Shown: positions 15,900-23,770, numbered from the stretch's first letter. The stretch: 32,000 bases of DNA from Planctomycetales bacterium (GCA_022646745.1 CP060262.1:3660001-3692000), one strand, 5' to 3'. The notes: a model not told the origin generated them from the sequence alone. Translations and numbers: made by a program.

Positions 15900-16964
15900 T
15901 CAGCCGGCAAGACTGTTGTCGCTGCCGACCTTCTTGTCCATGCCAGATCCGAGATGGATGATGAGGAAGTCAGGGATACCATCCGAGAAGGGACGCTCAT
16001 CATAGTCATCGACCTGGGTGGTGTTACCCCACATACCCGAGGTGGTCCAGGGGTTGCGCTCCTGGCCAAGGGTGAGGTAACCGGTACGCCAGTACTGGGC
16101 ACCAACCGAGTCCTCCATGCTGTCGTCAAGGTCCTGGCCCTTCGTGCGCTCGGAACCGAGGGCAGTCAGGTCGTAACCGGCGACATCAAGGCTTGCCACG
16201 TTCTGGACGTCAGCGTTGCCAAGCGGCGGAGTCATCTCCGGCGGCATGGAAGTGGCGTCGCTGTGATAAGGCACCTGATACAGGAAGTGGCCGTGGTTGG
16301 TGGTCTCATCGCTCCAACGAGCGTGATAGGCGAAGTTACCCTGATACTCAGTGCGGACCGGCTCGTAATCCGGGGCGCTGAAGAACATGTACTGCGGGCC
16401 CTCAGAGAACCACGCGATGTTCCACATCAGGTCTCCATCGTAACCGCCGAAGCAGGCATGATCCTGGTAGTTGGTGGACAGAGCGTCGATACCAAACACC
16501 TTGCTGGAGCTGCCGACCTGGAAGGGGTTACGGGGGAACTTCGGCATGTAACCCTCGTACTCAAGGGTGTCGCCGAAGCCGGAATCAATGTCAGTCTGCT
16601 GGGTCAGGTTACCCCACGCAGTGTCATTGTAATCCCATGTGTCAGTGTTCAGCCAGAACATGTCGAACGGCTGCACAATCTGGCCGGTCGTGTAGGCACG
16701 CCACGTATGCGAGCCGTTCACGCCGTTGATGGTACCGATGTTGAACAGGGACTCACCGCCGTACAGGTAGTAGGGGTAAATACCGTCATAATCGGTAGCG
16801 TAGCGCTCAATCGCCAGCTGGATCGCATGAAGGTTCTGCTTAACCTCCGCCTCACGAGCCTTATCCTTGATCTTGATAAAGTTCGGGAGCGCGATAGCGA
16901 CCAGGATGCCGATAATCACGACTACGACTAGAAGTTCGATCAGCGTGAAGCCTTTAGTCTTCAA
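15900..16964 (-). CDS. Large pilin-like protein P2 (354 aa)
   Basis: TTG start, 8 nt after AGGAGG. MKTKGFTLIELLVVVVIIGILVAIALPNFIKIKDKAREAEVKQNLHAIQLAIERYATD. Conserved blocks: YPYYLYGGE, IVQPFD, GYMPKFPRNPF, CFGG, VAGYDLTALGSERTKGQD and ERPFSDGIPDFLIIHLGSGMDKK. Confidence 0.85.
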   Translation of the reverse strand: MKTKGFTLIELLVVVVIIGILVAIALPNFIKIKDKAREAEVKQNLHAIQLAIERYATDYDGIYPYYLYGGESLFNIGTINGVNGSHTWRAYTTGQIVQPFDMFWLNTDTWDYNDTAWGNLTQQTDIDSGFGDTLEYEGYMPKFPRNPFQVGSSSKVFGIDALSTNYQDHACFGGYDGDLMWNIAWFSEGPQYMFFSAPDYEPVRTEYQGNFAYHARWSDETTNHGHFLYQVPYHSDATSMPPEMTPPLGNADVQNVASLDVAGYDLTALGSERTKGQDLDDSMEDSVGAQYWRTGYLTLGQERNPWTTSGMWGNTTQVDDYDERPFSDGIPDFLIIHLGSGMDKKVGSDNSLAG

Positions 16965-17031
16965 GACGCTAACCTCCTATTCTGGTATGGATTACGGGAA
17001 GCCACAGCAATTAACACTTGTAAGCCAAAGG

Positions 17032-17060
17032 AGTATAACTATCCGCCTATGCTTTGTCAA
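17032..17060 (-). promoter_or_regulatory. Near-consensus sigma-70 promoter upstream of P2: TTGACA-N17-TATACT
   Basis: The minus strand reads GT-TTGACA-AAGCATAGGCGGATAGT-TATACT-C. The -35 is at 17060-17055 and the -10 at 17037-17032. An A/T-rich stretch lies upstream. The predicted 5' UTR is about 60 nt and ends in AGGAGG before the TTG at 16964. Confidence 0.65.
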
Positions 17061-17280
17061 ACTAGGATTTAACAAGGCTTTGAGCGGATTTACACCACCG
17101 ATAACTAGACGCCACAGAGGGGCAAACGTTACAGGTGCCTATAGAAATTTCCAATATTTCCCCATCATTTTTCCTCACTTGACCATGGGTCCTCAATACG
17201 CTGAGACCTGATCCATAAAGGGTTCCAATTCTTAGTCTCCTCACCTTGGCAACTCCGGGCAAACTAAAGTTAACCGATTC

Positions 17281-18408
17281 TTAACCACCACCGGTCTCCT
17301 CCTCCGCTTGTGAGCCAGCTTCCCTACTTGGTACTGCGGATGGCGCCTGATTGGCAACGCGCTTGTCCATTCCGGCACCTACATGGATGATCACGAAGTC
17401 ATCCACTCCGTCGCTGAACGGCCTGGGATCGAAATCCGCCACCACTGTTCCATTCCATATTCCTCCAGTGACCCAGGGATTGCGGCCAGCCCTGTCTCCG
17501 AGATATCCACTGCGCCAGATATGCCTGCCCTGACTGTCGAGGATGGAGTCATCCATGCAGTCGCCCTTGTCCCTGTCCGATCCGAATCCAAGCAGGTCAT
17601 ATCCTGCAACATCCAGGCTGGCTACATTGGCTGAGTCCTGCTGTCCAAGTGGAGGGACAATCTCAGGTGTAAATGTTGTTGCGACGCCGGTCGCACTGAT
17701 CTGATATCCAAGGTGGCCATTGTTGCTCACATCATCTGACCACCTTGGTAGGTAAGCAAAGCTACCGGGAAAATCAATGCGCACCGTCCGGGGGTCGTTG
17801 CTCTGCATGTCCATCAGCTGCTGTGCTTCACCAAACCAGGCCAGGTTCCAGCTCAGTACCCCTGAACGGCCACCGAAGCAGGCCTGGTCGTAATTGGTTG
17901 TGTTGAGCGCGGACAGGCCGAAGCGGTTGCCGCCGGTCGCCTGGAAGGGATTGCGTGGGTACTGCGGCAGGTAGCCACCGGTTTGCAGGGCATCGCCATA
18001 AGCATGATCTCCCCTGCCGGCAGCCAGGTCGGACCAGTTTGCTCCGCCGTACCCTGCCCCACCGCTTGCCAGGTTCGCCGGGTCGAAGGGCTGGATGATC
18101 CTGCCTCCCGGATAGCCGGAATGCTGGTAAGCGGTGTTGACACCGTTCACCGTACCCAGGTTGCAGTTGAGCTCCCCGCCGTACAGGAAGTATGGATACA
18201 CTCCATCCTGATCTGTTGCATAGCGCTCGATCGCCAGCTGGATCTGGTGGATGTTGTCCCTTACATTCTTCTGGCGGTAAGTCTGGCGCGCGGAGATGGA
18301 TGGCACCAAGCCCTTCGTGACAACCGCGAGCAACATCAGGGTGATGAACAGTACCAATGCAGCGTTGCCAGCTGCTGTCAGTGCAGCCTTAGTTGAGGCA
18401 GTACGCAT
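17281..18408 (-). CDS. Pilin-like paralogue P3 lacking the prepilin cleavage/methylation motif (uncleaved N-terminal anchor)
   Basis: Trimmed to the ATG at 18408, preceded by GAGAGGAAAA. The N-terminus is MRTASTKAALTAAGNAALVLFITLMLLAVVTKG, with no G|FTLIE and no Glu+5. From NVRDNIHQIQLAIERYATDQDGVYPYFLYGGE onward it aligns with P2 and P4: IIQPFD, GGYLPQYPRNPF, CFGG, VAGYDLLGFGSDRDKGD and PRPFSDGVDDFVIIHVGAGMDKR. Confidence 0.8.
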   Translation of the reverse strand: MRTASTKAALTAAGNAALVLFITLMLLAVVTKGLVPSISARQTYRQKNVRDNIHQIQLAIERYATDQDGVYPYFLYGGELNCNLGTVNGVNTAYQHSGYPGGRIIQPFDPANLASGGAGYGGANWSDLAAGRGDHAYGDALQTGGYLPQYPRNPFQATGGNRFGLSALNTTNYDQACFGGRSGVLSWNLAWFGEAQQLMDMQSNDPRTVRIDFPGSFAYLPRWSDDVSNNGHLGYQISATGVATTFTPEIVPPLGQQDSANVASLDVAGYDLLGFGSDRDKGDCMDDSILDSQGRHIWRSGYLGDRAGRNPWVTGGIWNGTVVADFDPRPFSDGVDDFVIIHVGAGMDKRVANQAPSAVPSREAGSQAEEETGGG

Positions 18409-18546
18409 TTTTCCTCTCACGAACAGGCTGACACCCCGGAGATGCCATGGTAACGCTGTGCTTCCTGCTGTCCGCTGAGGCAGCAACTTGCCAGGTTGTC
18501 ACTTGAAGCAATTATCTTGAATCTTGAGATTGCCAATAAGACTGTC

Positions 18547-19608
18547 CTATTGATCCAGACCAGATCCAGGTTTGCGATCTATGCCAGATCCCAGATGGAT
18601 GATGATGAAGTCCTGTACGCCATCAGAGAATGGACGCTCATCAAAGTCATGCACGGGGGTCTGCCCTTCGAACAAACCCTCAACGATCCATGGATTGCGT
18701 TCCTGCCCGAGAGTAAGGTATCCCGTTCTCCAGTAGTGATTGCCGGTTTCGTTCTGCACGGAGACATCCAGGTCCTGTCCCTTGGTTCGCTCACTGCCGA
18801 GGGCGGTCAGGTCATAACCTGCCACATCAATGCTGGAGACGTTTTCAGCGTCCTGGTCTCCCAGCGGCGCTTCCATCTCTTCCAGGATTTCAGTGGCATA
18901 GCCATTGAACTCTATCTGGTGAACGAAGTGTCCGTGGTTGCAGACGGTGTCACTCCAACGCGGATGGTACGTGAAGTTCCCCTGGTATTCCGTGCGGACC
19001 GGCTCGTAATCAGGAGCACTGAAGAACATCATCTGCGGTGATTCCCCAAACCAGGACAGGTTCCACATGCACTGCCCGTCAAGTCCCCCGAAGCATGCAT
19101 GATCTGCGTAATTTGTTGCCAATGCGTCGAGGCCGAACACCTTGCCGGCTGAGCCGACCTGGAAGGGGTTGCGTGGGTACTTTGGCATGTAACCCTCAAA
19201 CTGGAGGCTGTCACCGAAACCGGCATCAATGTCCCGGTCCAGCAGGTTCTGCCAAGACGTGTCGTTGTAGTCCCATGTCTCGGTGTTTTCCCAGAACAGG
19301 TCAAACGGCTGGACGATCTTCCCAGATGGTTAGACGCGCCATTGATACTGGGGGTTTATGCCGTTCACCGAGCCCATGTTTAAAAGCGACTCCCCACCGT
19401 ACAGGCAAAAAGGGTAGATACCATCCTCATCTGTACTATAGCGTTCCAGTGAGAGCTGGATTGCATGCAGGTTCTGCTTGACTTCTGCTTCCCGCGCCTT
19501 GTCCTTGATCTTGATGAAGTTTGGCAGCGCGATTGCAACGAGGATGCCTATGATCACCACCACCACCAGCAGTTCAATCAGGGTGAAAGCTTTGTTTACG
19601 GTTTCCAT
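18547..19608 (-). pseudogene. Pilin-like paralogue P4 interrupted by a single in-frame TAA (codon at 19330-19332)
   Basis: ORFs 19330..19608 and 18547..19188 are in the same frame, and that frame is open from 19329 down to 18547. The joined reading is ...NGINPQYQWRV*PSGKIVQPFDLFWENTETWDYND..., collinear and gap-free with P2 (...NGVNGSHTWRAYTTGQIVQPFDMFWLNTDTWDYND...). The stop occupies a Tyr conserved in P2 and P3. Total length is 354 codons, as in P2. The N-terminus is METVNKAFTLIELLVV, with Ala rather than Gly at position -1. Confidence 0.75.
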
Positions 19609-19623
19609 GACAATCTCCTTCTT

Positions 19624-19666
19624 AATGATAGAAGATTATCATTATAGCCTATTGATAAACAATTAT
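19624..19666. repeat. Two short inverted repeats sharing GATA/TATC half-sites in the P4 upstream region (candidate operator)
   Basis: AATGATA-GAAGAT-TATCATT at 19624-19643 (perfect 7-bp arms) overlaps the -10 hexamer. GATAA-ACAA-TTATC lies at 19653-19666. Confidence 0.4.
19641..19646 (-). promoter_or_regulatory. Consensus -10 hexamer TATAAT upstream of P4
   Basis: The minus strand reads ...AATAGGC-TATAAT-GATAATCTTCTATCATTAAGAAGGAGATTGTC-ATG. A strong SD (AAGGAGA) sits 6 nt before the ATG at 19608. There is no good -35 (ACGATA at a 17-nt spacing). The region is AT-rich. Confidence 0.45.
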
Positions 19667-19742
19667 CGTTTAAATCACGTGGAATCCATGGTCTGGAATA
19701 AGGAAGTAAGGAAACTTTCTGGCTGAGCGGAAAACAACCTGG

Positions 19743-20951
19743 CTAGATGATCTGGCCCTGGAGCATGCGCTCCCACTTGCTGGCCTCGTCAAAGATGCCC
19801 AGGTCATCATTTTCACGGGCAAGAATCCGCGCCAGCGCTTCAACCACGAGCGGGTCGACATGCATGCCGCTCTCGTTGTCATAGCGGTCACGATGAGCCC
19901 TGGTCATCACCCGCAGCTCGGAAAGCGCTTCCGGGACAGCCATCCCCTGCTTGTAGGGCCGCGTCTGGGTCAGCGCCTGGAAAATGTCTGCCACCGCAAG
20001 GATCCGGCCCTCCAGCGGGATCTCGTCGCCACGCAGGCCGAAGGGGTAGCCGCTGCCATCCAGCTTCTCGTGGTGCATGCCGGCGATGCGGGGGATGTCG
20101 CGCAGTTCGCGGCTGAAGTTGATCCGGCGCAGCAGGAGGATCGTCTTCAGCACATGGCTGCGCATCATCGCCCGCTCCTCCTCATCCAGGCTGCCGGGCT
20201 TCTGCAGTACATTGTCAGGGATGCCGATCTTGCCGTAGTCATGCAGCACTGCCGCAATACGGATGCGCTCCACCGTGCGGCGGCTCAGGCCCATCTCCTG
20301 CGCAATGGCAACAGACAGTCCGGTCACGAGCTTCGTATGGTTGCTGGTGGTCTGGTCGCGGGAGTCAACGCTCTGCGCGAGGGTCACGATGAAACTGCGG
20401 AACTGGCGCTGCTGCTCGTCATAGAGCACGGCGTTCTCCAGGAACACGGCGGCGATGGCGGCCATGCTGGCAAACAGTTCGGAATCCTCTTCCGTGAATT
20501 CCCCATGCTCACTGCTGCCGGCTTCATCAAGGCGGTTGATGGCCTGGAACACACCGATCAGCTTGCCGTCCATGCTCTGCATCGGCACGGCCAGCAGTGA
20601 CTTCGTGTGGTAGCCGCTGCGCTTGTCAACTTCAGGGTTGAACAGCGGGCTCGAATAGGCATCGTTGACAACCACCACGCGGCGCTCTCGGGCGGCAATG
20701 CCGGCTACACCCTCGCCGATGCGGATGCGGATCTCGTTCTCGAGTCCCTCTCCCACGAAGGTGTAGAGCTGGCCGCTCTCCTCGTCAGCCAGCCACAGGG
20801 TGATGCGGTCGGCACTGACAAGCTCGCGGGCCTGGGTCATCGCCTCGGCGATCATCGGCTTCAGTTCGATGCGGCGGCTGATCAGCTGGTTGAAGCGCAG
20901 CAGCAGCTGCAGCTTGCGTGCATCCCCGGTTGCCTGTGGCGCTTTATCCAT
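19743..20951 (-). CDS. GAF domain / HD-GYP domain protein (putative c-di-GMP phosphodiesterase)
   Basis: GAF-like segment: ADRITLWLADEESGQLYTFVGEG...GEGVAGIAARERRVVVVNDAYSS...KSLLAVPM. HD-GYP segment: AAVLHDYGKIGIP ... HHEKLDGSGYPFGL ... ILAVADIFQALTQTRPY. I prefer the ATG at 20951 (preceded by GGGGAGAG) to the TTG at 20975 listed in the ORF track. Confidence 0.8.
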   Translation of the reverse strand: MDKAPQATGDARKLQLLLRFNQLISRRIELKPMIAEAMTQARELVSADRITLWLADEESGQLYTFVGEGLENEIRIRIGEGVAGIAARERRVVVVNDAYSSPLFNPEVDKRSGYHTKSLLAVPMQSMDGKLIGVFQAINRLDEAGSSEHGEFTEEDSELFASMAAIAAVFLENAVLYDEQQRQFRSFIVTLAQSVDSRDQTTSNHTKLVTGLSVAIAQEMGLSRRTVERIRIAAVLHDYGKIGIPDNVLQKPGSLDEEERAMMRSHVLKTILLLRRINFSRELRDIPRIAGMHHEKLDGSGYPFGLRGDEIPLEGRILAVADIFQALTQTRPYKQGMAVPEALSELRVMTRAHRDRYDNESGMHVDPLVVEALARILARENDDLGIFDEASKWERMLQGQII

Positions 20952-20989
20952 CTGCTCTCCCCTGTCCTGCCACAAGGCAGGCAGGTCAA

Positions 20990-21445
20990 TCAGCCGTCAC
21001 GCCTGTTCCAGTCGTATGGAATCTCCCCGCTGTGCGGGTCGATGCGGTATTCGTCCGGCTCGGAGTAATTGTACGTCTCCGTCGGGATGTTGAGCAGCAG
21101 GCAGACATCGGTACCGATGTTCTTGTAGCCGTGGTAGACGAAGTTGGGGATCTTGATCACCTGGCGGCGCTGCTCACCGATGTAGAACTCGTTGATCTCG
21201 CCTTTTGTAGGGGAGTCATCACGCGAGTCGTACAGCACGACCTTTGCCATGCCGTTGAGCACGCAGAAGTGGTCTGTCTGCAGGCGGTGGTAATGCCAGG
21301 CCTTGACGACACCCGGATAGGCCGCGGTCACATAAGCCTGGCCAAACCTGTCGTAGATGGCATCATCCGCGCGCAGGATCTCCATCAGGAAGCCCCGCTC
21401 ATCCGGAATCAGTTTCAGTTCTTTTACAGCTACACCATGGATCAT
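20990..21445 (-). CDS. RmlC-like cupin (dTDP-4-dehydrorhamnose 3,5-epimerase family, short form)
   Basis: PDERGFLMEILR, KAWHYHRLQTDHFCVLNGMAKVVLYD and IPNFVYHGYKN resemble the RmlC motifs D-x-RG-x-F-x-E, H-x-H/Q and the cupin strands. The start ATG overlaps the stop of the upstream gene (ATGA at 21442-21445). Confidence 0.65.
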   Translation of the reverse strand: MIHGVAVKELKLIPDERGFLMEILRADDAIYDRFGQAYVTAAYPGVVKAWHYHRLQTDHFCVLNGMAKVVLYDSRDDSPTKGEINEFYIGEQRRQVIKIPNFVYHGYKNIGTDVCLLLNIPTETYNYSEPDEYRIDPHSGEIPYDWNRRDG

Positions 21446-22725
21446 GCACCAACCCCGACCGGCGCCCGTAAGAGCATGTTGCTGGAATTGCTAGCAACAA
21501 GCCAGTCGAGCTGCTCGGCATGGGGTGGCAGTCCGTGGGAAAGCGCCCGTCCCAGGTTGTCGTGGGGCGTGATGCCCCAGTTACTGACCCGCTCCGGATC
21601 TAGCTCGCTCACCAGGTGGATCCTGTATCGCTCAGCGTACTGCTTCAGCTGTAGCGCGGTGGCCCCTGCAAATGTCGGCCTGCGCTCAACCACATCGCTT
21701 ATCGAACTGGCTGAGAGGTCCGCCATGTCACAGAATTCGCGGTGCCCCTCTCCTCCCTGGCAACGGGCTATCCAGAACACGCTTGCGCCGGGCTTGAGCA
21801 CTTCAACCGCATGGTCAAGCGAAGCAAAAGCCCGGTACAGGCTGCTGTCGTTGGGATAGCCACCCGCGTTAATGATAGCAATGTCCACCGGGCGCATCTC
21901 GACACGGTTGTGGTCCTCGATGAACTTCGCCCCGTAGCGCAGGGCATAGCCCGCATCTCCTCCCTGCATCCAGACGATCTCACCGTCATCATTGACAACC
22001 ACGTTGATGCTGAAATCCGGGCTGAACAGGCTGTGGGCCTCGAGCATGTCCTCGCTGACCGGATTCATCACGAGCGAGCCGCTGCAGGCGCGGGGGTGGC
22101 GCTTATGTGAACTGGCGTCCCAGAGGTGGCTCTGGTTGGAGAAGGTCGTGTCAGCACTGCAGCAGCCCGGGATCAGCCGGGCATGGCTGCCGGTGAATCC
22201 GCAGTACGGGTGCAGCTTGATGCCGCCGGTCAGGATAACCAGTTCAGCATCGCGTACGCGGTCATCCAGCCGCAGGATGGTTCCGTAATCGGTCCGGCCG
22301 TTCTTGCTGAACGAGCCTTCGGTGCCTGACTCATGCTCAATGAACTTGACCCTGTCGCAGACCTCCGGCGAGTAGTATTCCGCTCGCAGGTACTTGTCCG
22401 GGGGGTTCTTCAGCCCGCTGGCAACATAGATCGATATATGCTCGTCGCCTATGCCGGCCTGGTTGAGGTAGTTCAGCAACTCAGGCAGCCACTGCGGATA
22501 TGCGGTGTAGTAGCCGCTGTCCTCCACCACGATCATCGCACTGGAGACCTTTCGTGCAAGTACGTCAAGCGGCGGCCTGCCCATCGGGTCCATCAGCGTT
22601 GCATGCAGGGCTGCACGCAGGTTGATGAGGGGCAGCATCGTGCGTGGGGTCACATCCACCGTCTTGATTCCCGGTGGAAGCTTGAATTCCATGGCTTCCC
22701 TGCCATACTTGAACTGGTAAATCAT
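21442..22725 (-). CDS. LarA-like protein (nickel-pincer-dependent racemase/epimerase superfamily, DUF2088 N-terminal domain)
   Basis: Size of 427 aa. The N-terminal layout (KLPPGIKTVDV ... AMIVVEDSGYYT ... ELVILTGGIKLHPYCGFTGSHARLIPG ... DIAIINAGGYPND) matches by eye the LarA pattern of P-loop-like strands and xxHxxxGFSGG. The assignment is not verified by any search. The start overlaps the upstream stop (ATGA at 22722-22725). Confidence 0.5.
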   Translation of the reverse strand: MIYQFKYGREAMEFKLPPGIKTVDVTPRTMLPLINLRAALHATLMDPMGRPPLDVLARKVSSAMIVVEDSGYYTAYPQWLPELLNYLNQAGIGDEHISIYVASGLKNPPDKYLRAEYYSPEVCDRVKFIEHESGTEGSFSKNGRTDYGTILRLDDRVRDAELVILTGGIKLHPYCGFTGSHARLIPGCCSADTTFSNQSHLWDASSHKRHPRACSGSLVMNPVSEDMLEAHSLFSPDFSINVVVNDDGEIVWMQGGDAGYALRYGAKFIEDHNRVEMRPVDIAIINAGGYPNDSSLYRAFASLDHAVEVLKPGASVFWIARCQGGEGHREFCDMADLSASSISDVVERRPTFAGATALQLKQYAERYRIHLVSELDPERVSNWGITPHDNLGRALSHGLPPHAEQLDWLVASNSSNMLLRAPVGVGA

Positions 22726-23429
22726 CGGAAAATCCGTCTCCCTGCTTGTTGTGGGGGCCAGAGCCTGTTCAAGTTATACGTGGACGCGGCTCCCATTGCC
22801 ACGACCAAACCCAGACTTAACAGGACCAGCTGCCACGGCGCGAGGATGTGCGCCACAAGCAGGAAGACGACGCCAAGGGTCAGTGCGAACTGGACCGGGA
22901 TGGCGGCAAGCACGTATCCGAAGATGTTGCGCTCAATTCCAAGGGTGATGACCAGCAGGGTGATGAGCTGGGTGCAGGCTAGCAAAAGGACGAACACCAG
23001 CAGCTGGCCGATGCCAACCACTCGCAGCAGCATGCCCTGCTGTGAAGTTGCAAACATCCAGATCGTGACACCGATGAAGAAGGCCAGGCTCGGTGGCCAG
23101 AGCAGCGAGAACAGGTGACGCATGGTCGCCAGCAGCAGCTGAAACGGCGACACAAGGGTCAGGCGCAACTGCTCCACCAGTTCGCTGCGGCTGATGCTGG
23201 TCACAAGCATGGTTCCAAGGAACAGGGTGGCCAGTCCGAGGGAGAACTGGAACATCATGTACAGGCTGAACAGGCCGTAATATTCACCTAGGCTGTCTCG
23301 GAATTCCTCCAGCATACCTGCCAAGATGTTGAGGCTGATGGGGAGCACTAGGATGCAAAGCCAGGCAAAGGCTGGGTATCGGGCGCTGCGCGACCATCCG
23401 GTGAACAGGCTGATCAGCGATTGGGTCAA
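22722..23429 (-). CDS. Polytopic membrane protein (about 6 TM segments, possibly ABC-2-type permease-like)
   Basis: Strongly hydrophobic with repeated 20-aa helices (AFAWLCILVLPISLNILAGML, FSLGLATLFLGTMLV, SLAFFIGVTIWMFA, IGQLLVFVLLLACTQLITLLVI, AAIPVQFALTLGVVFLLVA, LVLLSLGLVVAMGAA). It has a TTG start, so start confidence is low. Confidence 0.5.
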   Translation of the reverse strand: MTQSLISLFTGWSRSARYPAFAWLCILVLPISLNILAGMLEEFRDSLGEYYGLFSLYMMFQFSLGLATLFLGTMLVTSISRSELVEQLRLTLVSPFQLLLATMRHLFSLLWPPSLAFFIGVTIWMFATSQQGMLLRVVGIGQLLVFVLLLACTQLITLLVITLGIERNIFGYVLAAIPVQFALTLGVVFLLVAHILAPWQLVLLSLGLVVAMGAASTYNLNRLWPPQQAGRRIFR

Positions 23430-23522
23430 GAAATATATGTATCACCGGGGCAAGGATAAAAACCTGCAATTGTGGTATTATTCCTCCCCTGACCCACGTA
23501 AGTTGCGTGGAGGAGCATTGAA

Positions 23523-23747
23523 ATGAAGAAAGACCTGCATCCCGAGCTCAAGCTCACAGAGTACGCCTGCGTCTGCGGTGAACAGTTCACCGCCCTGGGC
23601 ATCCGCGACAAGATCAGCGTGGAAATCTGCTCCAACTGCCATCCCTTCTACACCGGAAAGAAGCGTGTCGTGGACACTGCGGGCCGTGTGGAGAGGTTCA
23701 AGCAGCGTTCCGACGCTGCCGGCGGACGCGGCAAGAAGATCAAATAG
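23523..23747 (+). CDS. rpmE: 50S ribosomal protein L31
   Basis: MKKDLHPE...[11 protein letters not shown]...[10 protein letters not shown] is the canonical L31 sequence. GGAGGAG sits 8 nt upstream of the ATG. Confidence 0.93.
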   Translation: MKKDLHPELKLTEYACVCGEQFTALGIRDKISVEICSNCHPFYTGKKRVVDTAGRVERFKQRSDAAGGRGKKIK

Positions 23748-23770
23748 ACTTCCGCACCCGCTGCGCGGGG

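Noticed and set aside
15954-16931. 325-aa plus-strand ORF, with similar ORFs at 15271..15663, 17983..18396 and 18496..19041, opposite the pilin-like genes
   Set aside because: They are antisense to genes with canonical prepilin N-termini and strong ribosome-binding sites, and I see no motifs in them.
17062-17262. 66-aa ORF in the P3-P2 spacer as a possible small protein
   Set aside because: It has no Shine-Dalgarno sequence and an unremarkable, low-complexity-free but motif-free sequence. Its 3' end overlaps the first bases of the predicted -35 box of the P2 promoter. It is more likely non-coding spacer.
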